Part shown: positions 38,138 to 47,483 of the stretch, in pieces
Layout: each line of letters begins with the position of its first letter
Position numbering within the stretch: position 1 is the first letter of the stretch
NCBI GenBank assembly: GCA_964589775.1
Contig: CAZPUN010000021.1
Span: 53,768 to 117,767 of the forward strand
DNA from: an uncultured archaeon
GTDB taxonomy: Archaea; Asgardarchaeota; Thorarchaeia; Thorarchaeales; CAZPUN01
Reading direction: 5' to 3'
Length of the DNA stretch: 64,000 nucleotides
Made by a program: the position numbers and the translations under genes
The notes under the pieces: generated by a model
The model's input: the letters and a program-made list of their open reading frames with translations, nothing else
What the model was told of the DNA's origin: nothing
The model's database searches: none

Positions 38138-39316
38138 ATGAGCGAGAGTGACTTTTCAAAGGTATATTTTGCTGACCGAAATGCAAAAGCAAAGTATTCA
38201 ATGCTCGATAAAATTGACCGCTTATGGAAAAAATTAGGTCTTGATAAAGCTATTAAGCCCGAAATGCGAGTATTAATTAAGACTCATTTTGGTGCTAGCG
38301 GAAATACGAACTATATTCGTCCTGCATTCATACGGCATGTCGTAGATCTTGTGAAGCAAAATGGTGCATATCCTGCTGTTGCTGAATCTACAGGGCTAGG
38401 ATATGGGCGATGGGGCGATTATGGTGGCCGTTCGCTTGCTACGGATTACATTGAAATGGCAGCATCTAATGGTTTTTCGATTGGTACAGTTGGTGCTCCG
38501 ATCATTATGATCGACGGATATTGGGGTACTGATTCCTTTGAAGTTAAAATTGATGGAAATTATTTAGACAGTGTTCATGTTGCAATGGCTTTGAAGGGAT
38601 TCGACATTATTATAATGATGACACATGCGAAGGGTCACGGAGCAACCGGATTTGGTGGTACTCTCAAAAACTTAGGAATCGGTTGTGTTGCAAAGCAAAG
38701 TAAAGGTCTTATGCACAGTGAAGGCGATATTGCGGTGAATCCTAAAAAATGCAAGCCTTCGGAATGTGGTGCTCCATGCCTTTCTGTTTGTCCTCATGAT
38801 TGTATTTCAATCGATAAAGTTGCAAAAATAAACACTCAATGTTGTACATTGTGTTTGCATTGTAAATCCGTTTGTACTCATAAGGCTCTAAATGCAATTA
38901 CACTGACCTGGAGTAAATCTGAAGATGCAACTAAGAAAATGGTCGAAAATGCACTTGGCGTGCTCAAGGGTGTTGGTGCCGATAAATTCTATTACTTCAA
39001 TCTTGCTTTAGATATTTCCGAAATATGCGATTGTGCATCTTACGGTCCTGCACCAATTGTTCCAGATATTGGAATCTTTGCATCGCGAGACCCTGTTGCA
39101 ATAGACAAAGCAGTATTGGATAAAATTAATGAATTTCCACCTATTCAGCAATCAAACTTAGCAGGAATAAAAGACGGAATGGATAAACTGGAATATGTTT
39201 ATGACAAGATTTTTCCGAAAGAAGAATTCAAACACATAAATCACATTATTCAAATCGAGTATGCCGAAAAATTAGGCTTAGGTACTCAAAAATACAAAAT
39301 TGAACAGGTAGATTAA
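38138..39316 (+). CDS. DUF362-type iron-sulfur protein with an inserted 4Fe-4S ferredoxin-like domain
   Basis: Multiple C..C..C...CP-like clusters are present (CKPSECGAPCLSVCPHDC, CCTLCLHCKSVC). GGAGGT precedes the ATG at 38138. Confidence 0.55.
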   Translation: MSESDFSKVYFADRNAKAKYSMLDKIDRLWKKLGLDKAIKPEMRVLIKTHFGASGNTNYIRPAFIRHVVDLVKQNGAYPAVAESTGLGYGRWGDYGGRSLATDYIEMAASNGFSIGTVGAPIIMIDGYWGTDSFEVKIDGNYLDSVHVAMALKGFDIIIMMTHAKGHGATGFGGTLKNLGIGCVAKQSKGLMHSEGDIAVNPKKCKPSECGAPCLSVCPHDCISIDKVAKINTQCCTLCLHCKSVCTHKALNAITLTWSKSEDATKKMVENALGVLKGVGADKFYYFNLALDISEICDCASYGPAPIVPDIGIFASRDPVAIDKAVLDKINEFPPIQQSNLAGIKDGMDKLEYVYDKIFPKEEFKHINHIIQIEYAEKLGLGTQKYKIEQVD

Positions 39317-39433
39317 TTTATATCTTTTATTATTTTATTTTTCATACTACAAAAGATAATTTTTTTAGATATTTCCCAAAATTTTTTATATAATCATAAG
39401 ATATATGTATCAAAACAAACATTGGTGATATCA

Positions 39434-39820
39434 ATGCGAATTGCAATACCTTCAGCAGATCCAAATGGATTAGACGGTTATATCGCAGACCATTTTGGTC
39501 GAGCAGAATATTATACTTTTATTGATTTAGAAGACAAGGAAATTAAAGATGTAAAAGTTGTTAAGACTCCTTTCGTTGAACATGGTCCTGGAGATATTCC
39601 CAAATTTGTTCAACAGAATGGGGGAAACCTTGTTATTGCACGTGGTATGGGTCATCGTGCTATTGAATTCTTCCAGCAATTGGGTATTGATGTTATTACA
39701 GGGGCCCAAGGAAAAATAAAAGATGTGATGGATCTTTTCATCAAAGAATTATTGAAAAATGATGATTCATGGCGAAACGAATCACAATATCAACAACACA
39801 ACCATGAGCATGGTGTCTAA
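39434..39820 (+). CDS. NifB/NifX/NafY-like dinitrogenase FeMo-cofactor-binding-domain protein
   Basis: MRIAIPS...HFGRAEYYTF...ARGMGHRAIEFFQQLGIDVITG matches the PF02579 pattern. Confidence 0.6.
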   Translation: MRIAIPSADPNGLDGYIADHFGRAEYYTFIDLEDKEIKDVKVVKTPFVEHGPGDIPKFVQQNGGNLVIARGMGHRAIEFFQQLGIDVITGAQGKIKDVMDLFIKELLKNDDSWRNESQYQQHNHEHGV

Positions 39821-40699
39821 TTATACGACCTTACGCGGGGAGTAATCTACTTTTACTTCCTCTCCTTTTTGTATATATGCAATTGCCATGATATTTGTAT
39901 TGTGTGCAAAACCTATTCTACCCCAATGGTCTAATACTATGACTCCTGCTGGTCCGTTGACACGCTCCGTAAGATACTTTATTGATGCCTCGGCAGCTAA
40001 CTCTGGAGTCATTCCCTGTTCTACTAGTAGAGTTGCTGTTCTTGAAAGTAGTACTTTTGCAATTACTTCACCAACACCGGTTGCCGCAGCACCTGCAATT
40101 GGAGTAGCATATCCGCCACTTCCGATCATCGGAGTATCGCCAACTCTTCCGACCATTTTCTTTCTTGTTCCGCCTGTGGAGCCACCTACTGCAACGTTCC
40201 CATTTATATCGACTGCAACAGCTCCTACTGTATCCCCAGAATCATTTGTATTGGTTTTTTCTGGTTGTTTCAGATCTGTTCTGGGCCTATAACCTTCATT
40301 TACCATTTTTTCGTATAGGTCATTTGCGCCATCTGCAGAAAATGCAACATGTGGTGTTTTTTCCATAATGTATCGTGCTAGAGAAATTGGGTTTCGTGTC
40401 TTAGTAACAGACATAACAGCTCCAAAGTCTAATGTTGTACCATCCATTATTAGTGCATCTAATTCTTGGAATCCTTTTTCGTTTAATACCGAGCCAATTC
40501 CTGCATTAACCTTCCCGGAATCTTCAAAAACTATTATTGCCTTCTCAACGGCATCTAATGCTGAGCCACCATTTTTCAAAATTTCAAATCCTGCTTCAGC
40601 AGCTTCTTTCACAATTTTTAGTGCTTCTTCTTTAGGCTTGGAACTTTTGTTACCCGCTCCACCATGGACAATTATAGCCGGGATTTTTATCTCTGTCAT
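39821..40699 (-). CDS. Isoaspartyl peptidase / L-asparaginase (Ntn-hydrolase, plant-type asparaginase family)
   Basis: IIVHGGAGN is present. The autoproteolytic site is GDTVGAVAVD, with GSGGY downstream. Confidence 0.85.
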   Translation of the reverse strand: MTEIKIPAIIVHGGAGNKSSKPKEEALKIVKEAAEAGFEILKNGGSALDAVEKAIIVFEDSGKVNAGIGSVLNEKGFQELDALIMDGTTLDFGAVMSVTKTRNPISLARYIMEKTPHVAFSADGANDLYEKMVNEGYRPRTDLKQPEKTNTNDSGDTVGAVAVDINGNVAVGGSTGGTRKKMVGRVGDTPMIGSGGYATPIAGAAATGVGEVIAKVLLSRTATLLVEQGMTPELAAEASIKYLTERVNGPAGVIVLDHWGRIGFAHNTNIMAIAYIQKGEEVKVDYSPRKVV

Positions 40700-40712
40700 A
40701 TTTATCTCCTCT

Positions 40713-41717
40713 TCAATCAGTGTACTCCGCCAAGCGTACTATGTTTTCCCTCCCTCTTTTATCTCTTCTTATATGCCCTTTTTCTTCCAAGTCTGATAAA
40801 ATTAAACTTATTCGCGCTTGGCTCATATTTAAATCGATATAGATATTTTTCTGTGGCGCGATCCCTCCCTTTTTCTGAAGGTATTTTATTATTTTCTTCT
40901 CATCGCGTGTTAGTCTAGTTGTGACTTTGTGCTTGATCCTAATTCGTGAAATAATCTTTGGTACTATTTTTGATAATAATAAACCAATCAAAACGCCTGC
41001 AATCAAAAATACAATCAATTCAATAATATTGTCTGATACAATTATGAATTGTTCATTTTCCTGATAAAAAATTACAAATAGGCTTTCCTGCCCTGGGAGA
41101 ACTCTTGCGCGTTCCCATCTAAAATTAATTCGTAATCCATCTGTATAGTTATTCGTTGGTTGAGGATAAATCGGCTGAGATATATTATCATTCAAGTATG
41201 CCGCTTTTGGTAATGCTACATTAAGTGAGTAATTTAAAATCGGATATGTTGGTCTCATGTAATATATGAAAATATATGATTGTTGATTATCTTCCTGATC
41301 TATGTTTTGTAGAGATGTTAGATCTGATGATATATAGTTGATTTGTATTGCGATATTTTCGCCTATTGCTATTGGTTCGTTGAACATAATTTTCAATTCA
41401 GTTCCCAATGATGATATTGTTTTCGAAAATGAACTGATTTCTTTCTCTGAATTTATCGTGATGTTTGATGCAAGTATTGTATTTAATCTAATGTTTATTG
41501 AATCGATGCCTGATGTTCCATTATTAACAATAGTGAATTTCGTAGAAATATCGGCTGTTCCATCTATGTTAATTTGAATATTATCCTGAAAGTTCTTCAT
41601 GAATATATTGTAGCTGTCCTGTGCATATGCTGGACATACATTGCTGGATAACAACAACAGGCTCAGTGTAATATAGATTAATGCCGTTTTATTCATCAGA
41701 TTGCCCACCATGTTCAA
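40713..41717 (-). CDS. Type-I membrane protein with a signal peptide, an extracellular domain, a single TM and a cytoplasmic C-terminal winged-helix (MarR/PadR-like) domain
   Basis: The signal peptide is LIYITLSLLLLSSNVCPAYAQ. The TM helix is IIELIVFLIAGVLIGLLL. The C-terminus reads LTRDEKKIIKYLQKKGGIAPQKNIYIDLNMSQARISLILSDLEEKGHIRRDKRGRENIV. It lies 13 nt upstream of the asparaginase gene. Confidence 0.55.
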   Translation of the reverse strand: MNMVGNLMNKTALIYITLSLLLLSSNVCPAYAQDSYNIFMKNFQDNIQINIDGTADISTKFTIVNNGTSGIDSINIRLNTILASNITINSEKEISSFSKTISSLGTELKIMFNEPIAIGENIAIQINYISSDLTSLQNIDQEDNQQSYIFIYYMRPTYPILNYSLNVALPKAAYLNDNISQPIYPQPTNNYTDGLRINFRWERARVLPGQESLFVIFYQENEQFIIVSDNIIELIVFLIAGVLIGLLLSKIVPKIISRIRIKHKVTTRLTRDEKKIIKYLQKKGGIAPQKNIYIDLNMSQARISLILSDLEEKGHIRRDKRGRENIVRLAEYTD

Positions 41718-41833
41718 TTTAAGTGTTTTATTATAATAACCTTCAAATTAAGCATTTTCCTGAAGTACATCTTGCATAGAATAGATATTTTTATTTATGC
41801 TTTTATAATCTTTAGATTTGTCGGTGAAAACAA

Positions 41834-43015
41834 ATGTATGATGCAGCAATTATTGGAAGTGGTCTTGGCGGTCTGTTAACAGGTGCCATGTTAGCGAAAG
41901 AAGGTAAGAGTGTATATATTGCTGAAAAATTAAATTTTTATGGTGGGCGTTGTACCGCATTTGAGTACAAAGGGTACCAAATCCCAACTGGCGCAATTCA
42001 CATGATTCCTTTTTCTCGGGGGCCCATGAAACAAGTTATCTTAGATCGGTTGAATATTGATATAGAATTCATAGATGGTGGTCGTGCATATGTTGTACAT
42101 GAAGATGGGACTCCTGAAGAACTCACTGGAAATTACACTGCAAAGCTATTTCTGAAAGCTAGTTTAGGCGATAAACTTGCAAAACAATATATGGACTCAT
42201 TCTATGAATTCGCATTAGGAATTCGAAGCAGCGAATTTTCATATGTTGAAAAATTAAATTATATCCGGATGATTAAGAAATATGGTCATCCCCGAACACC
42301 TCAAGGTGGTTTTGGAAATCTTATTAAAAAGCTTGTCAAATTTATCAAAGACCATGGTGGTGAAATGCACTTATCTACACGTGCAATTGATGTCTTGGTT
42401 GATGGTAATGTTGCAAATGGAATACTTGTTTATCGTTTAGGCAATACTGAAATAATCAAGGCACGTAATGTTATTTCGAATATTGGACCACGATTAACCG
42501 CTGAACTATTAGGCAAAAAACGATATTTGTTGGGTAAGCAATTTATTGAAAAATTAAAGGAACATAAGACAGTTCCTGGAATTAAGATTGCAGTTGGTTG
42601 TGATCATCAAGTAAATCCTGGTCCTGTAACTTTAACTCCATTTCTAAAGCGCGTGAGTGGTTTTTCAGAGCCTACAATTGCAGATCCTTCACTTGCGCCC
42701 GAAGGAAAGCATCTTATTTTGAGTCATCAAGAAATTAGATCTTCAGATATTAACCATGAAATAGAATTAGGAGTACAGGATATTAAATCATATATCAAAG
42801 ACTTTGATGAAAGTTGTGAAATAATTAGTGTTCATTCATATTTAAACGATCATCCTGTAAATCATTCACCACAAGGAAATGATTTCAGTCAATTCACAAA
42901 AATCAAGCATTTCTATTTAGTTGGTGATGGTGTAAAGCCTTCTGGGCTTCTTATGACAGAAGGAGTGGCAGAATCTGCAAGAATAGTTGCTGATCACATA
43001 TTGGAGGGTAAATAA
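41834..43015 (+). CDS. FAD/NAD(P)-dependent oxidoreductase (CrtI-like family; paralog of the 6780 protein)
   Basis: The motif AAIIGSGLGGLLTGAMLA is present. The C-terminus is YLVGDGVKPSG. Confidence 0.65.
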   Translation: MYDAAIIGSGLGGLLTGAMLAKEGKSVYIAEKLNFYGGRCTAFEYKGYQIPTGAIHMIPFSRGPMKQVILDRLNIDIEFIDGGRAYVVHEDGTPEELTGNYTAKLFLKASLGDKLAKQYMDSFYEFALGIRSSEFSYVEKLNYIRMIKKYGHPRTPQGGFGNLIKKLVKFIKDHGGEMHLSTRAIDVLVDGNVANGILVYRLGNTEIIKARNVISNIGPRLTAELLGKKRYLLGKQFIEKLKEHKTVPGIKIAVGCDHQVNPGPVTLTPFLKRVSGFSEPTIADPSLAPEGKHLILSHQEIRSSDINHEIELGVQDIKSYIKDFDESCEIISVHSYLNDHPVNHSPQGNDFSQFTKIKHFYLVGDGVKPSGLLMTEGVAESARIVADHILEGK

Positions 43016-43194
43016 TGGCAACACTGCAAGTTAATGAGGAACTCTGCGTAGGATGCGGCAATTGTCTTTTAATTTGTCCCCATGATGGTATGAATGTATG
43101 GGGCAAAGCAAAACCAAATGAAAAGTGTACTGATTGTAGATTATGCGAACGCGCTTGTCCTATGGATGCGATATCTTTTCCTGAGAAAAAGTAA
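43015..43194 (+). CDS. 2[4Fe-4S] ferredoxin (59 aa), not in the ORF track
   Basis: Manual translation gives MATLQVNEELCVGCGNCLLICPHDGMNVWGKAKPNEKCTDCRLCERACPMDAISFPEKK, with two C..C..C...CP motifs. Its start overlaps the upstream stop (TAATG). Confidence 0.7.
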   Translation: MATLQVNEELCVGCGNCLLICPHDGMNVWGKAKPNEKCTDCRLCERACPMDAISFPEKK

Positions 43195-43239
43195 TTTTCT
43201 CTCTATTTTTTTTAATAAAAAAAAGGAATGGAGGAGTAA

Positions 43240-44715
43240 TTATTTAGAAACCCATGATTTAATATTGAATATTAATGCTAGACCAATCAAGCCAAATGGA
43301 ATGAGTGAATACGGCATATAATCTTGTATTGCACTCTGGACAAGTCCAGGAAGATTTGGCTGAACATTAATTTCCTGAAGTGGTGTCCATTTATAGTATG
43401 TATCTCCCGCATAATCGTATCTTAGAATTGGGCTATTCAAAATGTATGTTCCCTCTGTTTCGAAATGAAGTTGGTATGTGATCGTAATTGATTCGCCAGG
43501 ATTTAATGTAGAGACAGTCTTAGATAGGTTTCCATCACCAATTATTGAAACTGATGTGTAATTTCCAAGTCCCAGAACTTTTGATTCATCAAGTAATACA
43601 TTTGTTATAGGTTCTGTTCCATTGTTTGTCGCGGTGACAGTTACTGATACAGTACCACCGGAATTGATTGTTTCTGGAGATACTACGCGTGTTAGTGTAA
43701 TTAATGGTGGATAATTTCCTTCAAAGTATATTCTATAGCTGTTTACAGCACTGCCGTAATCTGTAAGATTGAATACTGCAAATCTTTGATCAATGATCCT
43801 TGAATATGATGGATAATCTGTTGAAGTAATATTTGAAGTCATTGTGAATCCAACTACAAAGGATTTTGCAGTTGTTGACGGTACCAGAGAAGACATACCT
43901 GCTACTTCTGCAATGTCTAGCGAGTGATTACCAGTTCCCTGTACAACTTGTGTCTTAAGATATCCAAGAGCGCCTACTGACAGTATTTGAGTACCAAACT
44001 TTGCAATTAACATAACTGCAACGGAATCAGAAGCTTCTGAATAGTCATTAAGATTGAAATTACTTGCTAATCCAGGAGTTGGAAATGTACCAATAATTCC
44101 TTGAGCAAGCTGTGTATATGTGGATCTAATTGCATATATTGCGACGAACAGAGCGATATTATCTATTTCTATATAAATATCCTTAGCGTGTTGGATAGAA
44201 ATTCCAAGTGTTTGTGAGAATGAATTTGCAACTGTAGATGATCTGGTTTCGCCTTGAGATTTTGAAACGTTTGTATATACTATAATAAGGCTGTTTGTGA
44301 GCAGGTTAATCAATTGCCCAAGTTTCTGAGACATCTCTCCCATGGTTTCATTACCCATTAATTCCATTAATAGATGGGAGACTAAAGTTCCATGTATGTT
44401 TAGTATTGCGGCTCCTAAGAATCCCTCGTATTCTGGATTCTCAAAGTTAAATCCGGAAATATCTAATCCTAGTTCTGCTAATACTACTACTGGAGATCCA
44501 TCTGGTATAATTCCTACACCTAATAATTCACCACGTATTTCTGAAATGTTAATATCTGGGAAATCCTCAGCGAAAATGCTATGAGATAGTGTAGCAATTT
44601 GTGTATTTGTAGTCGGGGATGCGGCACTTACAGGCTGAATTACTCCCATCGGTATTGCCGAGAAGGCTAATACCATTATTAGTATAAATCCAAAGGTCGT
44701 GCGTGCTATTTTCAT
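43240..44715 (-). CDS. Secreted cell-surface protein with a CARDB-like domain and a C-terminal TM anchor
   Basis: The signal peptide is FILIMVLAFSAIPMGVIQPVSAAS. TINSGGTVSVTVTATNNGTEPITNV is CARDB-like. The C-terminal helix is LIPFGLIGLALIF. Confidence 0.45.
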   Translation of the reverse strand: MKIARTTFGFILIMVLAFSAIPMGVIQPVSAASPTTNTQIATLSHSIFAEDFPDINISEIRGELLGVGIIPDGSPVVVLAELGLDISGFNFENPEYEGFLGAAILNIHGTLVSHLLMELMGNETMGEMSQKLGQLINLLTNSLIIVYTNVSKSQGETRSSTVANSFSQTLGISIQHAKDIYIEIDNIALFVAIYAIRSTYTQLAQGIIGTFPTPGLASNFNLNDYSEASDSVAVMLIAKFGTQILSVGALGYLKTQVVQGTGNHSLDIAEVAGMSSLVPSTTAKSFVVGFTMTSNITSTDYPSYSRIIDQRFAVFNLTDYGSAVNSYRIYFEGNYPPLITLTRVVSPETINSGGTVSVTVTATNNGTEPITNVLLDESKVLGLGNYTSVSIIGDGNLSKTVSTLNPGESITITYQLHFETEGTYILNSPILRYDYAGDTYYKWTPLQEINVQPNLPGLVQSAIQDYMPYSLIPFGLIGLALIFNIKSWVSK

Positions 44716-44745
44716 TTACTTAATCACCTCAATAATTATCTTAAT

Positions 44746-45315
44746 TTAGTCCTCCTTAGGTCTTATACTTGCACCTATAATTCCAGCAATGATTCCAATA
44801 ATTAATGGAACTACTAACATTATGGCAATAGATACCAATAATGTTTGTAATCCTGTAGATGTACCTCCTGTACCACCAATAGTCAGGAATGCATCAACAA
44901 CATTTCCAATTACAGGTGAAGCGAGGACTTCTGCGATTGAAAATCCTTCTGGAAATGGTGGTATGTTTGTTAGAGAAAATCCACCAGCTAATAGATACTT
45001 GAACAAGTTATAAGCTGAAAAGGCTAACAGTCCTAAGTTTGTTAGAAATGTTATGAATGCAACTGCAACTGCTCCTTTTTTAGTCCCTGCAATTAGTCCT
45101 CCGATGAATAATGCTCCTGCCCAGACACCTGCCATTAATGGATATCCAATCGGATCAACAAAGATTGCATAAACTAAAACAAGTGTAGGCCTAAGATAAT
45201 CATTAGTATATGGGGCTAGCCATTCCACTACCATGTTGAAGCCTATAGGCAGTGTGTACCATGCGGCCGCTAATATTGTAAAATTAGCGATAAGCCATCC
45301 AAAAAGTTTGCTCAA
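44746..45315 (-). CDS. Polytopic membrane protein (189 aa)
   Basis: It has 5-6 TM helices and sits in an operon with the surface protein. Confidence 0.4.
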   Translation of the reverse strand: MSKLFGWLIANFTILAAAWYTLPIGFNMVVEWLAPYTNDYLRPTLVLVYAIFVDPIGYPLMAGVWAGALFIGGLIAGTKKGAVAVAFITFLTNLGLLAFSAYNLFKYLLAGGFSLTNIPPFPEGFSIAEVLASPVIGNVVDAFLTIGGTGGTSTGLQTLLVSIAIMLVVPLIIGIIAGIIGASIRPKED

Positions 45316-45632
45316 ACACTCATCACCTCATAATCCAATTGGATTTTATCAATATAAAAGTTGCTTATTTAACTTATTACTTTTTCTTAACGATTTTCGC
45401 ATATTTTTTGTAATATTTTCATTTTTATCGACAATATATTACAATAATAACAAAAATTATTCCCAACAATTAAAAAAAGTATAAATCTTTTATGAATAGT
45501 CTCGAAATTCATAGACTTATTTGAGAAATATGCAAGTATTACAAATTATGTGTAAAAAAGCATCGATTTTTTTAAAGTGGTGTCGGCTTGCCTAAGCACT
45601 CAAAGTGTAAGCTTATAACAAAAATCACATAA

Positions 45633-45806
45633 ATTGAAGATTTAGAATATGTCATAACTTGAATTTAGCACATCCAAAAAGATCCTCAAAAGAAAATTAA
45701 AACGATAACCAAAGATCTCTCAATGGAGCTAGGCGAGTATATGCACTAAATGTAAATCATAAACTTGTCTATATAATGCAGAACCCTCCCGTCTCAATAC
45801 GGGACG
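45633..45806 (+). repeat. Dispersed intergenic repeat, copy 3 (more diverged)
   Basis: It contains TTGAAGATTTAGAATA...CATCCAAAAAGATCCTCAAA...GCGAGTATATGCACTAAATG...TCCCG-TCTCAATA-CGGGA. Confidence 0.55.
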
Positions 45807-45967
45807 TATTAGGTAGCTAAAAATATTTAATTATTTGAGTGTTAATACATCTATTAGCAATAGAAATTATTTGCAAAGGTGTAATGTATCACACAAGCAT
45901 AGTAATTTAATATTGGAGGCATATAAAGCTGGAAGACCAAAATTGCAAAGATGCATATGACATCATA

Positions 45968-46297
45968 ATGCTCTTATCAAGCCACAACGTACTTCGTAGA
46001 AATATTATCCTTACATTAGCACATATCTATCCGAAAAGTATCTCTGGAGTTCAACTGGCAAAATTAATCGGATATAGTGGTCAATCAAAGACTCTATATC
46101 GTGGAGTCTTAAAACATCTATCGGAGGATCAGTTGATCCTTGTAGATCAACTAACTCCTCGAATGTATGCAATAAGGATAAATCACGAACATCCTCTCAT
46201 GAAAAGTTTGATTGAATTATGTAAAAAGTACGGTCAAGACTTGAGGAAAATCTATCTTGACGCCTTAGGAGCTGAATTTAATGAAAAGCACAACTGA
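45968..46297 (+). CDS. Small winged-helix transcriptional regulator (ArsR/MarR-like)
   Basis: ILTLAHIYPKSISGVQLAKLIGYSGQSKTLYRGVLKHLSEDQLIL is wHTH-like. Confidence 0.4.
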   Translation: MLLSSHNVLRRNIILTLAHIYPKSISGVQLAKLIGYSGQSKTLYRGVLKHLSEDQLILVDQLTPRMYAIRINHEHPLMKSLIELCKKYGQDLRKIYLDALGAEFNEKHN

Positions 46298-46874
46298 AAG
46301 AGCAATTCGTTTATATAAATGGACTGTAAGATATGCAGCACTAGTAGGCGTCACCATATTTTCATTGATCTTTGTTCTCCTGTACATTCCTCAAGTAGAT
46401 ATTTCGGGGATACCTGCCTCTAGCGGTACTTCTAAATTCATAATATCTATCTTTATGTATCGTAATTATATACTTGTTTTAGCAGGGGCCATTATTGCAA
46501 TAGGTTTTTCAGTCTGGGTATATAATTTCATTCCTCAACCAATAGACGAGTTTGTAGTATCTACTGCTCTGGGGCAGGTAAATCCCCGTTACCAATTTAA
46601 CAGAAAATTCGGTCGAAAATATGAAATTATTATGAACGGAAATGGAACGAAAATCGAAATATTTTGTAGGAATCAAGAGATCGAATCTGGTGAATGGTTT
46701 GTTTTCAAAATCACAAGCTCGACACTATCTGCTTCAAACCTTGAGGAAATTGCATTGAGAAATGGATTATCTGTTCATGATGGCAGAATTACCGGCTGGT
46801 GTTCCAAAGACGAATTGCCATTGAAATTGCTTCTTATGCAACGCGCTATTAAACAAGCGGCTCAAGCCTCTTAA
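46281..46874 (+). CDS. Two-TM membrane protein (197 aa)
   Basis: It has two hydrophobic helices and overlaps the upstream regulator gene. Confidence 0.4.
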   Translation: MKSTTERAIRLYKWTVRYAALVGVTIFSLIFVLLYIPQVDISGIPASSGTSKFIISIFMYRNYILVLAGAIIAIGFSVWVYNFIPQPIDEFVVSTALGQVNPRYQFNRKFGRKYEIIMNGNGTKIEIFCRNQEIESGEWFVFKITSSTLSASNLEEIALRNGLSVHDGRITGWCSKDELPLKLLLMQRAIKQAAQAS

Positions 46875-46946
46875 TTCATCTTTTTTTAAATGTTAGATAA
46901 TTCTAGAAATAGATTTTTTGAAAAGATTATAAAAAAGTTCTTGACT

Positions 46947-47393
46947 TTACCAAGCTTTATCTATCTTTTTCGGGTCTAACCAAATTGGATTTGGCTTTCC
47001 ATTTTCATAAACAACTTCAATTAATCTATCAACCAAATATGCGGTTAATTTCTTCATGTGCTCCTTTAATTCATTATATTGGTCGAATCGCATCCTTACT
47101 ATGTGTGCCATTAATACTTTTTTTGCTTCAGTGGGCATAGTTACTCCAACTAGTTTTCTCAGAAATTTTGTAATGGTCCTCTGTATATGGTAAACATAAA
47201 AATCCGCAATTCCAAAAATCGGCATGGAACCCACATTGATATTATACCAGTATGATGAAATTGCTTCCCCCACAATATCGAACACTTCTTTAGGTTCGGC
47301 GCCGCATCTTGGACATTTTATTCCTTCTTTGTATGCTATATATTCTAAACCACATTTTGGACATTTATGAGAATAATTCACATGAATTGCCAT
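46947..47393 (-). CDS. Zinc-ribbon protein (CPKCG...CPRCG)
   Basis: The N-terminal zinc ribbon is CPKCGLEYIAYKEGIKCPRCG. GGTGG lies 5 nt before the ATG at 47393. The track ORF starts at GTG 47402. Confidence 0.4.
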   Translation of the reverse strand: MAIHVNYSHKCPKCGLEYIAYKEGIKCPRCGAEPKEVFDIVGEAISSYWYNINVGSMPIFGIADFYVYHIQRTITKFLRKLVGVTMPTEAKKVLMAHIVRMRFDQYNELKEHMKKLTAYLVDRLIEVVYENGKPNPIWLDPKKIDKAW

Positions 47394-47483
47394 TTTTTCC
47401 ACCGGGCTTGTGTTAACCCATTTATATTTTATGTATGATTTCTTTTATAAGGATTCTTTGGGGCATTATATATGTGAAGAATC

